DNA of 63,596 nt, filler included, from Collodictyon triciliatum (lineage: Eukaryota): the NCBI GenBank assembly GCA_043381765.1. It is 4 parts of 4 records of this genome, joined end to end, with 100 filler letters (N's around TTAATTAATTAA, not from the genome) between each part and the next. Parts side by side here need not be neighbours in the genome. Positions count along the whole stretch, not along the records: positions 50,196 to 63,596 come from JBHJMP010001575.1; 3 more parts are not named here. One strand, 5' to 3'. Numbering within the stretch: position 1 is the stretch's first letter; the number at the start of each line of letters is the position of its first letter. Below the pieces are notes generated by a model, which was given only the letters and a program-made list of their open reading frames with translations, was not told where the DNA came from and searched no databases. The position numbers were made by a program, and so were the translations under genes. This document shows positions 61,140-63,596 of this stretch, piece after piece.

Positions 61140-61480
61140 AGAAGAAAAAGAAAAAGAAAAAGAAAAAGAAAAAGAAAAAGAAAAAGAAAAAGAAAAAGAA
61201 AAAGAAAAAGAAAAAGAAAAAGAAGAAAGAAGAAAGAAGAAAGAAGAAGAAGGGGAAGAAAGAAGAAGAAAGAAGAAGAAAGAAGAAGAAAAAGGAGAAA
61301 AAAAAAGAAAGAAAGAAAGAAGAAGGGAGAGAGAAGAAAGAAGAAAGAAGAAAGAAGAAAGAAGAAAGAAGAAAGAAGAAAGAAGAAGAAAGAAGAAGAA
61401 AGAAGAAAGAGAAAGAAGAAAGAAGAAAGAAGAAAGAAGAAGAAAGAAGAAGAAAGAAGAAAGAGAAAGAAGAAAGAAGA
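61140..61480 (+). repeat. Purine-only (GAAAAA)n/(GAAGAAA)n tract
   Basis: Direct reading. Confidence 0.95.
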
Positions 61481-62526
61481 TAAAAGTTTGCAGGTGTGGA
61501 AGCGAGTAAACCCAGCATTTTCGATCGCACCCTTCAGCAAAGAATCAGAAAGAGAAGAGAAAAAAAAAGTCACAAGGGCTCGGGAAGTAAAAGTACTTTC
61601 AGGGGCATCAGAGTGGTTGGGACGCACCAGCCCGGTAGGCCAGCAGAAAGCAACATAGAAACAAAAAGAAAGTGCACTCATGCGTCCAAATAGAGCATGT
61701 ATACCGAGGCAGGTGTTTTCCCGGCGCAAGGAGCTTCTTTGCAAGACATAGTCAAGTGGGAAAGGTTGGTCCTGGTGCAACAGACTCAAAAAAAAAAAGT
61801 GGCAGGTGTCTGTCCATTGATGTGGCAGGGTTTTCTTAAAAATTGATCTCTTTGCTTTCCCCGTCCTTTGGGGTTGTCTTATGGTGTTTGAGCAGGACCG
61901 AGGTCTTTGTGGAGGGATATCTATGGGCACGATAGACACGATACTTGTGGAAATTCTCGTCGCCCTGGAGCAGATTTGCACACGACAGGATAGGAAGTAT
62001 GGAAAAGTTATAACACCTAATACATATATTGTCAATAAATTAATAAATTTAATAATATTATGTTCTAAAATGGATATTAAACGACGTATTGCACATTTAT
62101 AGACATTTTATTATATTATCCAGAAATGTGGTTCACAAACCAGTTTCCCCTTCTTTTCCTTTCTGAACCTCACACGCAAGAAAGAGTGAAAAGTTCAGAA
62201 TAAGGTTTCGTGAAATGGTTCCATTAGCCTGCCATATAATCATACATTCATGCGACACACCCACAATCAGAAATCCGATAGGTGATGGAATAACCATGGA
62301 ATATTCAGTCGGGTGGCGGATGATTTTTTTCTCCTATTTTATTTGCTCCCAAAATACATAAATGCGATTGGGGTTATGTCACAATGTCCCAGGAAAGGGG
62401 GCCATAGGGAATGATGCTTATCCATATAGTCAGAATGGGGATGCCCAAAAAGGTGAAAGAATAATAATAATGATAAGAAGAATTATAAAAATGTTATATT
62501 GGACAAACTGCATTCGTGAGATAGCT

Positions 62527-63450
62527 TCACGAGTTGTTATTTCGGGGAGTGGTGATTGCTTTACGAGGACTTTCGGGGAACACTGGAAAGTTTGGAGGGC
62601 GGAGATTTACAGCAGGTTTTCTGGGAAACGAAGGAGTCTTTCCTTGTGAGACTGGTCGCTTCGTAGTCGAAACTGATGATGGACTCATTGGTGGGAAGGA
62701 AAATAAATCATTCGCATGCAGCTCATCCATAGTTGCTTTATCGGAATTAAGGTGAGTGATAATTTTAACTTCGAAGAAAAGCTTGATAAAAGCTTATGAA
62801 ACAAAAATAGGCAACCCTCACACTGTATGAAAACGGAAACATAGAGCAGCACTGAAAAATAATAATAAATAGATGCAGTTGCAAAGAGTTTAATGGTATA
62901 CGTATGAAGGACAAGAGTAAATGCAACCTTCAGGTAAGCACCTCGAGTTTTGGTATGAAGGCCTGGAGCTCTTGTCGAATGCATTTGACAGTGTATCGAG
63001 CTCGCATGGAGTGACCTACAAAACCCATGGGTTATTTTTTTATCATACTCAATTTTGGTGCAAAAAGCATATCATTATTAGGTGCAAAAGTATGAACCTC
63101 TTTGTGGCAAAACAAATCAAATAAATCAAAGAAATCAAAGAAATCAAAGAAATCAAATAAATCAAATAAATCAAAGAAATCAAACAAATCAAACAAATCA
63201 AATAAATCAAATAAATCAAATAAATCAAACAATAAACAGCGAAAAAAAAACCTGAGAATCATAACGAGACCGCCTGTTAATAACCTGAACGACGTCTTCC
63301 AATTCACGAGTGAGAGATATTTCGTTGTAAATGCGATCCGTTTCTTCGAGTTTCAATCGAGTTTCGATAGAGTACAGCCGAGCTTCCAGGATTTTAGCAG
63401 TTGGAAAGTCACACAATCGCTTCGATTGTTGTTGGTATTCCGAAAATATT
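62527..63450 (-). CDS. 3' exons of a hypothetical protein entering from beyond the window end
   Basis: Exon-like frames EYQQQSKRLCDFPTAKILEARLYSIETRLKLEE.., VTPCELDTLSNAF.., DELHANDLFSFPP..NNNS* with GT/AG boundaries. Confidence 0.45.
63113..63230 (+). repeat. (AAATCAAAK)n intronic repeat
   Basis: Direct reading. Confidence 0.93.
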
Positions 63451-63596
63451 GAGGGAAATGTGAGAATATTTTCCTTTTATCCTTTGGGGGGGGGGGGGGG
63501 GGGGGGGTGGCACACAAAAATTCTTTTTTCCCCGCGTGACCCCTTTTTCCCTCTCTGTACTTGTTTATCAACTTCCTTCTTCTTTTTCTTTTTTTT

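Overview
Eukaryotic nuclear DNA: intron-rich, AT-rich with sharp GC-rich patches, and full of microsatellites. The organism appears flagellated and mitochondriate (CFAP47, CFAP65, mitoribosomal uL22); I cannot identify the species. About 20 spliced protein genes are supported: an LRR-hemolysin III/PAQR fusion, Tubby-like, ataxin-10-like, an AAAP amino-acid transporter, Rae1, uL22m, an intronless acyltransferase-3, a secreted neutral-ceramidase-like hydrolase, a type I membrane protein with an ATG27/M6PR-like tail, CFAP47, a YABBY/HMG-like mini-protein, WBP2-like, NOPCHAP1-like, CFAP65, RPS6, PP1 and several hypotheticals. There are two tRNAs (intron-containing Tyr-GTA; Asn-GTT). Three artificial 100-bp N-TTAATTAATTAA-N spacers and one 455-N gap break the window and truncate genes. 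The most striking unexplained structure is a dispersed family of ultra-short (21-51 bp) insertions ending in TTTGAATCGAATAAAGG(A)n. At least 8 copies are flanked by 14-17 bp target-site duplications, and they fall into two length classes, which looks like a micro-retroposon family. All family assignments come from manual motif recognition; no database search was run.
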